Origin: Rotaria socialis
Lineage: Eukaryota
Direction: 5' to 3'
Assembly: GCA_905331295.1 (NCBI GenBank)
Contig: CAJNYD010000214.1
Span: 62,001 to 126,000 of the forward strand
Length of the DNA stretch: 64,000 bases
In this document: positions 1 through 12,915 of the stretch, one piece after another
Numbering within the stretch: the stretch's first letter is position 1
How the letters are laid out: each line of letters starts with the position of its first letter
Program-made: the position numbers and the translations under genes
Notes under the pieces: model-generated
What the model saw: only the letters and a program-made list of their open reading frames with translations
Told to the model about the DNA's origin: nothing
Database searches by the model: none

Positions 1-341
1 GTAATTTACCAACAGCCTGATTTAGAAGATCAAATGTCCAATCAAACCTAATAGACAAAATTCGAAAAAAAACTGTTTTTTTCCAAAAAGTTGAATACTT
101 TGTTTTACCTTCCATAATGAAGAAGATCATTTATTGCTTGACGTGATATTAACAAGAAAAAACCAGCAACAAATGCATTTCGTATACAGTTAATATGTGT
201 AATTTGAAATAGATCTGTTAATAAAGATCTGCGAGCAGTAAATTCACCTGTTCTTCTATGTTTAATTGAGATTTTCACAGAATGAAATGATTCATAATTT
301 AAATCATCATTCGTCGACATGTGTTTTGTTAAATCGCTCAT
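1..341 (-). CDS. SOAT1: Sterol O-acyltransferase (ACAT/SOAT, MBOAT family), 5' part; runs off the left edge
   Basis: Exon 341..109, GT-AG intron 108..48, exon 47..1. Spliced peptide FTARRSLLTDLFQITHINCIRNAFVAGFFLLISRQAINDLLHYGR|FDWTFDLLNQAVGKL matches the recalled SOAT1 motif [24 protein letters not shown]...DEGRLVLEFSLLSYAFGK. Confidence 0.85.
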
Positions 342-1295
342 GATCGAAAAATAGTAATATAAAACATAAATAACCGATTGAATTTATACTTGATCAGACA
401 AAAAACTAAATTGAGAGCGTGGTTAATTATCTAAAAATTAAAACTGAATCATTTTGATGAATAAGAATTTTATTAAAACAAAAAAATGAATGTATAGAAC
501 GTCATATGTTACAACGTGAAATTTTAGACTGCAGCAGTTGCGCCTGTTCCACTTCACTGATCAATACTGCCTATAAAAACGATCAAACACGATAGTCGAG
601 CATTCTTGTACTTGTCATATGAAAAGTAACGCATAATGATTCAATAGCACGCAAGTCGCGTGCTATTTATTTGTCTTTGCTACTTTCTTATTCGCTGTAC
701 AATCGATTGCAAGACAAATATGATGCCCAAAGAAGAAAAAAAGAGGAAATATGACAAGTTGATAGATGAAATAAATACATATGCATTTAATGGCCTTCGA
801 AGAAATTATACCATTTAATAAAATAGCTTTTTATATAACGTAGTATTTGACAGAACTCAGCTGGTGATTGTGTTCCTTCAAAACATGATGAATATATATA
901 TGTATATACGTATATGATCATCAACTACTACTTCTCTCTGATTCGTTGATATTGATTTGATAACTGTGGCTCTATGATATTCATGGCTTTGTAGTAAGTA
1001 TGAATCATAATCGGGGAGGTCGCCTCCGGTTAGGGCTCATCACAAAAAGATGTTTCTGTGCAATCTAACAGATATTTACAGACATACATATCTGTAAAGT
1101 TACTAACAGTACTGAACTACAGTGAATAATCAGTAGTCATTCAAAATAGGTTTCATTGGCTCATTCAAAGATTCAAAAAAAAAACCAAGAGCCTATATTA
1201 CATTAATAAATTAAATAATATTGAGTACATCTAGATTACTAAGGAAACCATTTTTCCTATTTATTTGAAATTTCTCGTAAAAAAATCAAACACTT

Positions 1296-2196
1296 ATGGA
1301 TGTTCAAATTGAAATTGAGCGAAACAAAATGAAATTATTGAATAATGAAAATCTACAACCAAATATGACTACAAATCGCAAACATCTGATATCCCCGCTG
1401 TATAATAAGCAAAAACAGATGCTTAGAAAACAACTTAACCTTGTTAGAAATAAACAAGTACGAGCAGTACCAGGTAAAATATATCAATTAGCAATTATGA
1501 GTTAATTAAAATCATTTTTTCTCAGATGGTTACTATAATGGTCTCATTAATGATATGCATAAAGACTACATAAATTTTCAAGAAAGAGGAACATGTCGTC
1601 AGATGGAATATTTAAATCCATTAATTCAACATGGTCAACAAACCGCTGATTTAATTCATCACTTTAATGAAGAAACTCGTTTAGAAGAAAAGAAATTAGA
1701 TAAATTTAAAGCACCAAGAACTCTAAATGCTTTATCAATACAATGTTCACTTCCATCAAAATATGATGAATTAGAAAATCTTTCTCCATTATCTTTCTTA
1801 GTTAAATACACGAAACCGTTATTCAATCGGCAACGTATTGTGATGAAATTAATACGTAAAATGCATGCAGATGCAACAATAGATATTGATGATGCAAAAG
1901 ATATTGTTTTCGAGTATTTTAATCGCTATATAACACTCAAAGACATCCAGGAACTTTTTCATTTTCTTAATATTCATTCATTGAATAAATTTCAAGCAAA
2001 AGAAATGATTGTCATTTGTTGTTATGCTGAACGATATTTTCTTCATAAACTAAGGAAAAATGAAACTATTTTATTTGAACGGCCATTACAAGAAATAATT
2101 GATTTTGAATTTTTAAAAAGAAAACTAGCTGGATTGAAATTAACGAATGATCTCAAAAATTTAATTAAGACTCTGGAACCACCTGCTAATGAATAG
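1296..2196 (+). CDS. Two-exon uncharacterised protein (~280 aa), possible degenerate EF-hand region
   Basis: Exon 1 1296..~1473 (VPG|gtaaaa), ~52-bp intron ending ttctcag at 1525, then in-frame DGYYNGLINDMHKD... into ORF 1555..2196. The helix-loop-helix-like segment HADATIDIDDAKDIV is only suggestive. Confidence 0.7.
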
Positions 2197-3055
2197 GCAA
2201 CTAATTTTATTGATATATTAATGTATTGCAATTCAATTAGAGAAGAAACCGAACTTGACCATTTTTGACTTTCTATCTGTACGATAACTCGAAATATGGT
2301 TTCTCTTCGATTTTTGCAAATCACGTTTTCTAGCACATGTCGTTTACAAAAGTTTGAATGTAGACATAGACAACGATGCGAAATCTTAGAATTTTCTCAA
2401 TAAAAAACAGGATTGTGAGAAATTTTTACTCTATATAAAAATGCTGATCGTAGAATGAATTTTGAAAATATAACAAAGCATTGAATTGGAATTGAATCAA
2501 TAAAAAGACTCGTAATTAATAAATCGAATTTACATGGCAAACAGTAAAGACGCGTTCGATCTTTGTATTACCATGTTACGTGTGCGTTCGCTTTCATAAA
2601 GATACATCTTGAATGAAAAATGTATCACAAGGCTCGAGTCTACCAATGTAACATTTTTATTCTACTACTCTTGACAGTTATCTCCGATCAAGGGTTATCA
2701 AGTATATTATCATTCAAACATTTTTCTGTGCATCGCTATTATATTCACATTTGCAGTAAATTAAGATCAAGGATTCAGGTGAGTTAAATACTAGATGATG
2801 CACGAAACTTATGCTTTTCATGTCAAAAATTATTCGTAGACTTTTATTCGAAAGTCGTATTCTGTTCCTATTTATAACGGTTACACCCTTTTTTCTTTAA
2901 TTTCCATGATTGATAAAACTCTTTTTTTTTATGTTCAGTATTTCTATTTGACATAAAGATAAAAACAAAAAATAACAATCAAAGCTAACAAACAACTTAT
3001 TTTTTCATTCAAAATGAAAGCAAGCTTAAATATCTATTAAAAACAAAAAAATTAA

Positions 3056-6000
3056 CTATGCGTTTTTTTTCTTTTTTTCAACAATTGTTCGCTTTTGAGC
3101 TATTTCAACAAATCTTTCGTGTCGTTGCTGAGTTAATTTAATTTCTTCAAGTAAAATTTCGTTTCGACGCTGTTCACGTTCAACATTTTCAAGGTCGTTA
3201 TTTTCTTGATAATATTTTACAGCTGTATCATTAGCATCTATGTCATCGTGTAATTTACTAACTTGTTTACTTAATCGCTCTTCATGTTTTTCGACTAGAT
3301 CTCGCGTTTGTTTATTATCATGTAAATTAAATATAAGTTCGATATCATCAGTAACATGATCGCGAAAAGAAAATTTCGATAAATTCAAAGAATTGTTCGA
3401 TGATGAAGAACTACAAACATGAATATTATTCATTCGTGTTATTGTACGAATTTCCGATAGATAAGTTTCGATATGTGTTGATAGATCTACTTGATCTTTA
3501 TCATGAAAATAAACGATAATATCACAATCACGTGATAAACGAAGCATTTGTTTGAAATATGTTGCATTTTTTAGAATTATACGAATAATTTGGATCACTT
3601 GAGAATCAATTGAATTGATGCTAAGAAAAAAAATGAATAAATCAATGAAAATTTCTTATAACATACGAATCTATACGATTAGTGAAGGCGTAATTTTAGA
3701 TGATGTTAACAGAATTTCGAACTATCTTATGTAGCACCGACTCTTATAGTAGTTAATCGTCGAGAATGTTCGGTGTAAAGCATTCTTAATACAATTGACT
3801 AGATCGTGAGTAAAGTCAAGCTAATCCAGAAAGCGTAATTTATACCAACGAGATGAATCTAGACTCTATAACGTATTTTGAACAATAATCGATAACAATC
3901 TATGTGACGCAAACCGAATAGAAGTTGCCGAAAGGGCGAACCAAAGTACAACTTGGGAAATACAAGTTAAGATCTGATTATAATCGACAATACCATGCAA
4001 TGTTGTTTTCTTAAATCTAGTTTATACGATAGGGAATCTGGAATTATTATCCGTGAAGAGAATTAGAACACTTTTGGACTAATTGAACAACAAGAAATTC
4101 TATATTGAAATTTTCATAAATCAGAATACGAATGGTCTCTTTACACTTATTCGCAATATATATTTAAAGGAAATAATTGGATAGTTAAAAATAACTCTAT
4201 GACGATTCTCAGTGATAACTTCAACCTCTAATAAAAAAAATCGACACAAAATAATTTTACTTTTCGATATTTTTCATCGACGGATATGACTGATGAATAA
4301 GATAACCTTGTTTTCCGTGTGTTAAATCTTGCCATAATTCTTCTGTCATAGCTGGTAAAAATGGATGATAAAGAATAAGATATTGTTTTAGTAAGTAGTA
4401 TAGTAATATCTGAACGCTGGATTTATTATTGCTTGTTAATTGTTGTTTTATAGGAATTTTACTAAATTCAATATAAAAATCACAAAAATCTTTTATGAAT
4501 GAATCACGTAAACGAACAACAGCCAAATGAAATGTATAATTATTTAAAGATTCATTAATTTTTCCTATGGTTTTATTTAATTCGTTCAACATCCAACGAT
4601 CGACAAGACGATTTTCTACTAATTTTTCTATTTGTTCATAATTTATTTTCGATAAATTTTCATCACGAAAATCCATATCAGCTAAGGCAAATTCTGTAAC
4701 ATATTTATAAGCATTCCAAACTTTATTACAATAACGTGCAACATAATCGAAATGTGTTGGATCGAAACGTATGGCCTGTTGAAATATATCGTAAGACAAA
4801 AGAAAAAGGCGAAGACCATCGGATCCTATCGGTTGAATGCCCGATGGGTATTGCGTAGATTGTATACGTTTAGCTCGTTCAATTTCATTGCGTGATAGAT
4901 GCGATTGTTCAAGACGTGCTTGCAACGATTGAAGACTTATTCCATTAATAACATCCATGGGATCAATTATATTACCTTAAAGAAAAACAAAATCGATGTT
5001 TCTATTTTGCAAAACGACGAAAAAGTTAACCTAATGATTTTGACATTTTTTTTCCATTGGGATCACAAATTAGTCCATGAAAAAGAACTTCATGAAATGG
5101 CAATTGATTCGTTAGTTTAAGACTCTAAAGATAAGATAGAATTTTCAAATAAACAATCCAAGACTAAGACAGCAAGTATTTACAAGCATAACCATCCGAG
5201 CAACCCAAAAGAACATAATATCATAACCGGTTTCAAGTAATGCTGTTGGAAATTCTTTTGAATTTTCTTTATTACAAACTGACATAGGCAATAAACCTGA
5301 TGAAAACCATGTGTCAAGTACATCTTGATCTTGTTCAATATGAATTGAATCTGACGGAATATCTGGGAATAATAGCGTAGCTTTTTGTTTTGCTTCTTCA
5401 AGTGACTTTGCACCAATCCATTTATATTCAGATAAATTGCCATTTATTGAACATCGATACATAGGTATAGAATGTCCCCACCAAAGTTGCCTTGATAAAC
5501 ACCATGGCCGAGTATTATCAAGCCAATACTTCCATACTTTACGAGTCGATGGTGGTGTTAGTTTTAGAGTATTGTTTTCGACGACAGCTGAAGCTTGTCG
5601 GCCTAGAAGAAATTCACAAGAAATTTAATTATGAATGAGAATCTATCATCAAAGCATAAACTTTTTATAGTCTGACAGTTTTACTCATCAATATCATTCA
5701 AGGTAAAAATCGAGTTTGACGAATGCCTTTCGAAATAGATGCTATAAAGATCGACTTACTCATTTCATTCGTATCCAAAAACCACTGTTCTTTAATCATT
5801 GGTTCTATGATATCACCTGTCCGACTACATACAGGTACGATCATTTTCGGTTGTTCTTGTTCTCCTCGTCTTAATCCTTGATTTTCAAGCAATTGAAGAA
5901 CTTTCTCGCGTGCATCATAACGATGTAAACTATTTAATTGATGATAGAAAGGATGATTTAAATCGAGTTGTGCATAACCTTGATCATTTAACATCGTTCG

Positions 6001-8067
6001 AATTTCAAGTTTATGTTTTATTGCTAGTGCATAATCGAATGCATCATGACCAGGCGTTAATTTAACTGCGCCAGTACCAAAATTCTGGTCAACGCGTTCG
6101 TCGAATATAATCGGTAAACGATGTTGAGGGTCAAATGGATTTTGAACGAATTTATTTTTAAACGATGAATAACGAGGATCCATTGGATGAACAGCAATGC
6201 CTGTATCAGCTAAGATTGTTTCTGGTCGTGTTGTACTAACAATAATTTCTTTATTTTGTCCTTCATCTATAACTCTATATGCGATATTATAAAGTACACC
6301 TAGTTCAATCTCTTTTGAATAGCCAGGTATTGAAAATTTTGTTCGTCCATTAATTTCTTTTGAATCAACTTCAATATCACTAACAACTGATTGAAGTTTG
6401 CAACACCAATTCACAATACGTCGATCGCGATAAATAAGACCGTCGTCATACAAACGTAAAAATGAATCACGGACATTTTCAACAAGATTTCGATCCATTG
6501 TAAAATAAGCATTTGGCCAATCGAATAATGGACACAAACGTTTTAATTGTGTTTCAATTGTTTGTCGATAAGTTGAAGACCATCGGTAGCATTCTTCAAG
6601 GAATTTTTCTCGTCCTAAGTCTTCACGTGTTCGGGGAGCAAGATGCTTTTCAACTATAACCTTAAAATAGCAATAAAAGCAACAGACGTTTTTGTTCTGA
6701 TGTTGTAAAAATAGATATACGAAATATTTCAGAAGTTTCAAAACATTTTTTATTATAATGAAACCATTTTCAATATTATTGTGATCGCCCCATGAGAATT
6801 TTCTCGTAACGTGTCCCAAATATTTTCTATTGGATCGATATGATCTAGTTTGTCAACTTAGTATGAAAATTAATTGGATTGATAGACGCACTTTTATTTG
6901 CTGATCTAAATTATCTTAAAAAGCAATTCACTTATTTCTTTAGCTCCTTTTTCTACTAGAGTTTTATGAAATAATGAATCTGGCTATTCTTTATCACAAT
7001 AGATCAATAGAATGAAGAATTTTCATTCAGAACAGAAACAATGCATCTGAAATTGCGTGGTTATTTAGTAATCAACATATTAAAATAATCTAGCAAGATT
7101 GTAAAGACTTCTAGACATTATTGTCTTATCAAATTAAGAATAATCAATCAAAACCAAGATGAACTATCATGTTTATATAAATTCAGACAAAATATTTACA
7201 AATTTGTTGACTGGTTTTACTCTATTCATTATTAATTCCCTTGCTTTTTCGTTTATTTAATATCTAAATATCTTACTTAACTTTGCTAGTTAGTCTTACA
7301 GACTAATTAAAAACTCTTTTTCTTTTCATTGAATCAGATATCTATTCAAAAAGTATCTCTACTGAATCTCTCACATTCCCATGTCGCACAAACCGATCGA
7401 AAACCGTCGGTTAACCGCGGTCAATTTTTATAAAAATCGGTTAACCGCGATTATTTAAGCCATTTTAGCGACTTTACAGCGTAAAAACCAACGGTTAACC
7501 GCTGTTAACCTCCCAGTTAACCGGAAAAATAACCGCCAGCTAGCGACATAACCGATGACTTATTCGGTTAACCGTTGGTTTTTACGCTGTAAAGTCGCTA
7601 AAATGGCTTAAATAACCGCGGTTAACCGATTTTTATAAAAATTGACCGCGGTTAACCAACGGTTTTCGATCGGTTTGTGCGACATGGGTTATCTTTAAAC
7701 TGCGCGCCGAAATATCTTATTTCAAATCTACCTGTGTAGCAATACCAGCATGATCATAACCAGGTATACAACGAGCATAGGATTTCTTTTGCATTGCATG
7801 CCATCTTAAAAGACAATCATGAACGGATGCAGTTAATGCATGGCCCAAATGAACAGTTCCAGTGACGTTTGGCGGTGGAAAAAGCATAACAAATGGTTTT
7901 TCATTACTATCTGATGATGGTGATGATAGATATGAGTTTGTTGTTGCTTCAGCAAATATTGATGCCCATTTTGGTTCAAAAAGAGAAGGTTGATGAGTTT
8001 TTGATAGCCATCTATAGGCTGTTATACGTTGAAATGAATAATTACACAAAAAGGCTTTAGTCAACAT
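3056..8067 (-). CDS. VARS2: Valyl-tRNA synthetase, probably mitochondrial; 6 exons
   Basis: Exons 8067..7732, 6660..5760, 5602..5184, 5124..5031, 4975..4261, 3620..3056 splice in frame. Motifs: [13 protein letters not shown] (HIGH), [60 protein letters not shown]. The N-terminus is basic and acid-free, like a presequence. Confidence 0.93.
7378..7688. mobile_element. 311-bp foldback MITE in ValRS intron 1 (CCC..GGG termini, putative 2-bp TT TSD; CMC/EnSpm-like)
   Basis: ~120-bp near-perfect inverted arms cccatgtcgcacaaaccgatcg... / ...cgatcggtttgtgcgacatggg with internal repeated ggttaacc motifs. Confidence 0.85.
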
Positions 8068-8166
8068 CTATAAAAATAAAATTATTCTATTTATGAACTT
8101 CATTTTCTTTTCTTTTCTTAGACAAATATTTGATTGAATAGTAACCCATTGAAAATTCAATTATTC

Positions 8167-8223
8167 ATTTATTTATTTATTTATTTATTTAAAAATCCTT
8201 TTCTTCTCTCTCTCTCTCTCTCT
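8167..8223. repeat. (TTTA)n and (CT)n microsatellites; the (TTTA)n tract reads as repeated AATAAA on the minus strand
   Basis: Read directly from the sequence. Confidence 0.8.
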
Positions 8224-8426
8224 GTTATTGATAATTATTTCAATTGAAAATATCTATACGTCACAAAAAGAAAACAAATGTTCACAAACTAAACCCCCGT
8301 GAGAGAAACAAATAAAACGTTTTAACAATATAGTATTCAGCTTTGTTGGTGTTTTCTCAAAAACAGGAATATGAGGAAAATGTAGTACACTCTTGATTGT
8401 GTTCAATTAACAACATGAAATAAATA

Positions 8427-11400
8427 TCACTGATAAGCAAGAGAAACAATAAGAATTACAAAAGCAAAAACAATAAGAATAAACACACACGCGAATCCAA
8501 GGATTTTTCGTTCTTGGATGCTCTCTCGGATAATAACAAATGCATTACGATTAGCTCTTAATGGCGTTGAAACTATGGGAGATGAAAGTTTTTCAGCTGG
8601 CGTAGTTGTTGATTTGGGTTCATTTTTGCGTTTAAGAGATTGTGAATTCGTGGAACTTCGAGGTTTTTTACTAAAAATAAAAAACAGAAAATAAACCGTT
8701 TGTTTTTTCGAACATCATCAAGTATTTACGGCTGAGTAGATTTATCTTTAACAGATAATTTTTTATCCGTTGTTAATAAAGTTTTAATTTCTGATTCCGC
8801 TTTACTTTTCTGTTGTTGGGAAACAATAATTTCTGTATTAGAAGAGGGTAATGATTTTTCGATATGTTGCAATGAACTTTCCACGTCAGCTGATTGTTTT
8901 CTCGACTTTCTTTTACCAGTACCAGAACGGTTCGAAGTATTACGTTCCTGTGAAAGTATCTGATCTTCTACATTGGATACTACTGAGATAGTAGATCTTT
9001 CTTCAATAACAGTCTTTATTGGTTCTTGTTTTTTAACGGATATAATATCAGAGTTTTGTGTTTCTCGAATGGTACTTGTTAAAGTAAATTGTTTAATATT
9101 ATTGTTTGTTTGAATATATTGCCTAGGCTTCCATGGCATCGCTACCGGTGAAACGAATTCTTGCATTGTTTCTATAGAAGATTCTTGTTTTTTAAGTGAA
9201 CTTGCAGGTTTTCGCGGTTCATTAGTTGGTTTCGGTGATTGTCTACGAACCACAGAAGCATACGAGTCTCCTTTGAATGCTGTTTCAGTTGTTGCTCTAG
9301 ATACAAATGTATGTCGCTCTGATTGATTAGCAATACTCGTCGGTCGTAATAATTGTTCATTTAAGGTAGCAGAAAATTTATGTTCTTGAAATGAGGATGC
9401 ACTTTGCGTTGAGGTTTTCGTCACGCCAATGAACTTTTGGTTTTCAATTATTGATCTATTAGCGTCTTCATTTGATGGAATAGGTTGTGGTAGTTCTATA
9501 ACTGTAGGTTTTTCTAATTTTTTACTAGTAACACTTGGTGAATAATTTTCCATAGATTTCATTCTCGTCTTTTCGTGTAACATTTCATTACCCTGTACTG
9601 ATTGAGCGGCTGTGTGTTGTTCTAATTTTTCACTGACTATAATGCGATCATTATCGATATTTGTTATTACTGTTTGTTCAAGTACTTTACTTAATGATAA
9701 AGATTGTATTGATTCAATATTGACGGATTGTTCTACTAAGTTATTTGTATTAACAGAAGAATTATTCTCGATGAATTGTTCAATTTCTACTATCGATTGT
9801 TCTAAAGTTTCATTAGATGCAACTGAATTTTCGTGATTCACAACATTTATTGTATTTCGTAAATTTTCTTCATTTAATAATACAGATGTTGTTAGTTGAA
9901 CAATTGAAGATTGTTCTAGTTTATTATTTTCTGTATTTGTATGATTATGTTCAACATGTGTTATCATAGTTTCTTTGTTGGGTGTACCTGATGGTTTGAA
10001 TTCTATATTTTCAATGGTTGATGTAATCATTTGTTGCTGTGTTGTACCTTCAATTGTCATTGTGGACTGTTCTAATTGTTCATTCATATTAATAGAAGGT
10101 ATATCTTCAATAATTATTGTTATTACATCTTCCGGTGATTTCGTTTCAGTAATATGTTCATTCAACGGTAAAACTTGTTTTTGTTCTTCGATGATGACAG
10201 TTGGTTGATCAGCTGTAGTTACAGATGATTCGTATTGAACGTTTTGTTCAATTGCTGATGCAATTTGTTCTTGTTTTTCAAGTTTATCTTCTTCATTTAA
10301 AGTTTTAGATCGTTCAGTGTCTTCAAATGACCGCATTTGTTCTTCTACAATTTTATATTCTGTTTTGAATTGCTCATCGTCTTGGCTTGAAGTCGTAGAT
10401 TGTTGTTGCAATTCTTCAATGTCTTTTTGTAATGTGGTAGTATATACTAAATTTTTATCATTTGGTTCGAAAGATTCTTCCCATTCTTGTACATCACTTA
10501 CAGATGATTCTGCGTTTTCATTAATGTTTGCAACGATCGTTTCGGTCTGTTTTTCTACAATTAATTCATTGGTTGATTTCTCTATTGCAGTTTGCTGCAA
10601 ATGCTGATTTAAGATTATAGATTGCGATGACTGTTCGATTGTTGAAGTCGACTGTTGAATTTCTTCGTGTGATGTGGTAGTGTGTTCGAACGCTTCTTGA
10701 CCTTTTACGGCTTGCTGACCTTCGTTATTTGGCCCGAGAAATTTTTCCCATTCTTGTATGTCACTTATAGATGATTCGGCATTTCCATTAATGTTTGTTA
10801 CGATTGTTTCGGCTTGTTTTTCATTGGTATTGGCAGATTGTTCAATTGTTGATAAAGAGTGCGTGACACAGTCAGCTTGAACTGTTGAGTGCTTGACTTT
10901 TACGTTATTATCTATCTGCTGTTCGGCTTGTTTAGCTGACACTACAAATTGTTCTGACTTTTTTACTATGCCATTGCAATTTTGTGATTCATAAGTTACT
11001 ACTTCATTCCGTTCTTGTTTCAGCGCGCCATTCTGAGTATTTGCCATGTGAGAATTACTACAAATATTCGTAAGGAACATTCTTTTCTTTGTAGAAAGTA
11101 TACTTGAATGAATTACGAAAGTGTCCTGCAGATTTTTTTTCACCGTTAGAAACAAGATAAGGATCTATAATTTTCATGATTTCTATAGTATGAAGTAAAT
11201 ACAAAGCATCATTTAGAGACATCCGGTAACTTTTTCTTCTTAGGTAAAGCTACTACTTTAATCAATTAACTGGTCGATTTATATATAAATGTACTTTAAG
11301 AGATTCTATTTTCAAAACTCAAAGATAAAGAATGTTTTTTTTTCTAATCCAACATGATCATCGTATTAGTCAAAATAAATCTCATTTTTTAATGAAAATC

Positions 11401-12915
11401 TCAATATTTTAGGAATAAATTTCATTTCAAAGTTATCTCCTGCATGCAAATCTTAACATAGATTTTCTCATAGGTCAAGGATATCGGTTTCGCTCAAATT
11501 TTATTAATACCTTTGTAAATGCTTTGTTTTCTGTAAAAATTTTTCATGTGACAATTTTATTTCGTGTTGTTTATCATGCAACAATTTTGACTTTTGTAAA
11601 CTTGACGATTCAACAGTAACATTCGATGATTTTAAATCACATTTATCGGGTAGTATTGATTTCGTATGTTTTTCTGTTGAAGCTTGCTGATGATCATCTT
11701 CTATACAACTTAAATATTGTTCATCATTAGTAACACTATGCTTCGAATGTTCTACAAAAGAAAGAAATATGACTATATAGATTGCACCATCTAAATATAG
11801 ATCTCGTATCTACCTGCTCTTGTTTGAATAGCTATATCAAGTACTTGTTTAGCATATGAGTTATTTTGAATTAATTTTCCTATTTGGTTTGCTTTGATAA
11901 TATCAAAAACGTGTTGTTGTAATTGAGTAAAATATTTAAATAAAGAAATTTCAGTTTTATCTGCAAAGTCTAAAACTGCTATGGTATTAAAACAATAATT
12001 GGAAATGATTAAACATAAATGTAAACGGGCTTTATCATAAGGAGTTAATTCATTTAATTCTTTTACATAATCAAAACATTCAATTGTTGAATATTTTAAA
12101 CTTAATGGTATTAAATATTTAATAATTATTGATAAATAATAGCCATCCGTCCATGTTTTGAAATAAAAATCTCTAATATATGTTTCTTGCGTATTTAAAC
12201 TATGATTTAAAATATTATTCAACCAATGTATAGTAATACTACGATCTTGTCCAAAACCTAAGAGTGTTTTTTCTAGTAAACAATTTCGATCGTTTATTCG
12301 AAACGATGGAAAATCAAATATTTTCATGATGATCCATAATAAGGCTAAGGTTTGTTTACGATTTCCTGATAATATTTCATATGGAGATATATCGATATGA
12401 TCCATGCGTTGTTTTAAATAATCTAAAACGTATTGAATATTAGTTAATGAATGAAAACGTGTATGACCACGTTCACGTTTTAATTTTTGCAATGATAAAA
12501 TTTCAATTAGATCAATTAAAATAATTCCATTTGATAAATCACTTATTTTAATTATTTTTCCATTATTTTTCAATGATAGATGATAATTAATAAATTTTAA
12601 AAAACTTGCTATTTGAATATCATCCATTCGTTCGTGTAATTCTTCAATACGTTTACTTGTGTAATAATCATTTGAGTGATTTAATGTTGAACGTGTAACA
12701 AGTTTTAATGTGTTGCTTCTCTCTCCATATGATTGTAAAGATGATACTGTGGAGTCATCACTGATAGGATTACTATCACTGGTTGAGATCAATGACGATG
12801 TAACGATAGACGATGATGAAATAGGACAAGGTTCTGTCGTTTTTTTAGTAGTTGAAAAATACATTGTGGTCGAAACTGAGGACGAACACCATTCGCGTCG
12901 TTCGATATATGTCAT
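8427..12915 (-). CDS. Calmin-like protein: N-terminal calponin-homology actin-binding region, long S/T/E/Q-rich linker, C-terminal transmembrane anchor
   Basis: ORF 12915..11791 has CH1 motifs (IQIASFLKFINYHL, DLSNGIILIDLIEILS, SPYEILSGNRKQTLALLWII) and a CH2-like IRDFYFKTWTDG. Further exons: 11751..~11511, ~11082..8730, 8670..8427. The last exon ends ERKILGFACVFILIVFAFVILIVSLAYQ*. Confidence 0.75.

Noticed and set aside
6661..6819. N-terminal part of ORF 5698..6819
   Set aside because: Intronic read-through; the true exon starts at 6660 after the AG acceptor.
9172..10607. Short ORFs overlapping the 809-aa ORF
   Set aside because: Antisense or alternate-frame shadows of a low-complexity coding exon.
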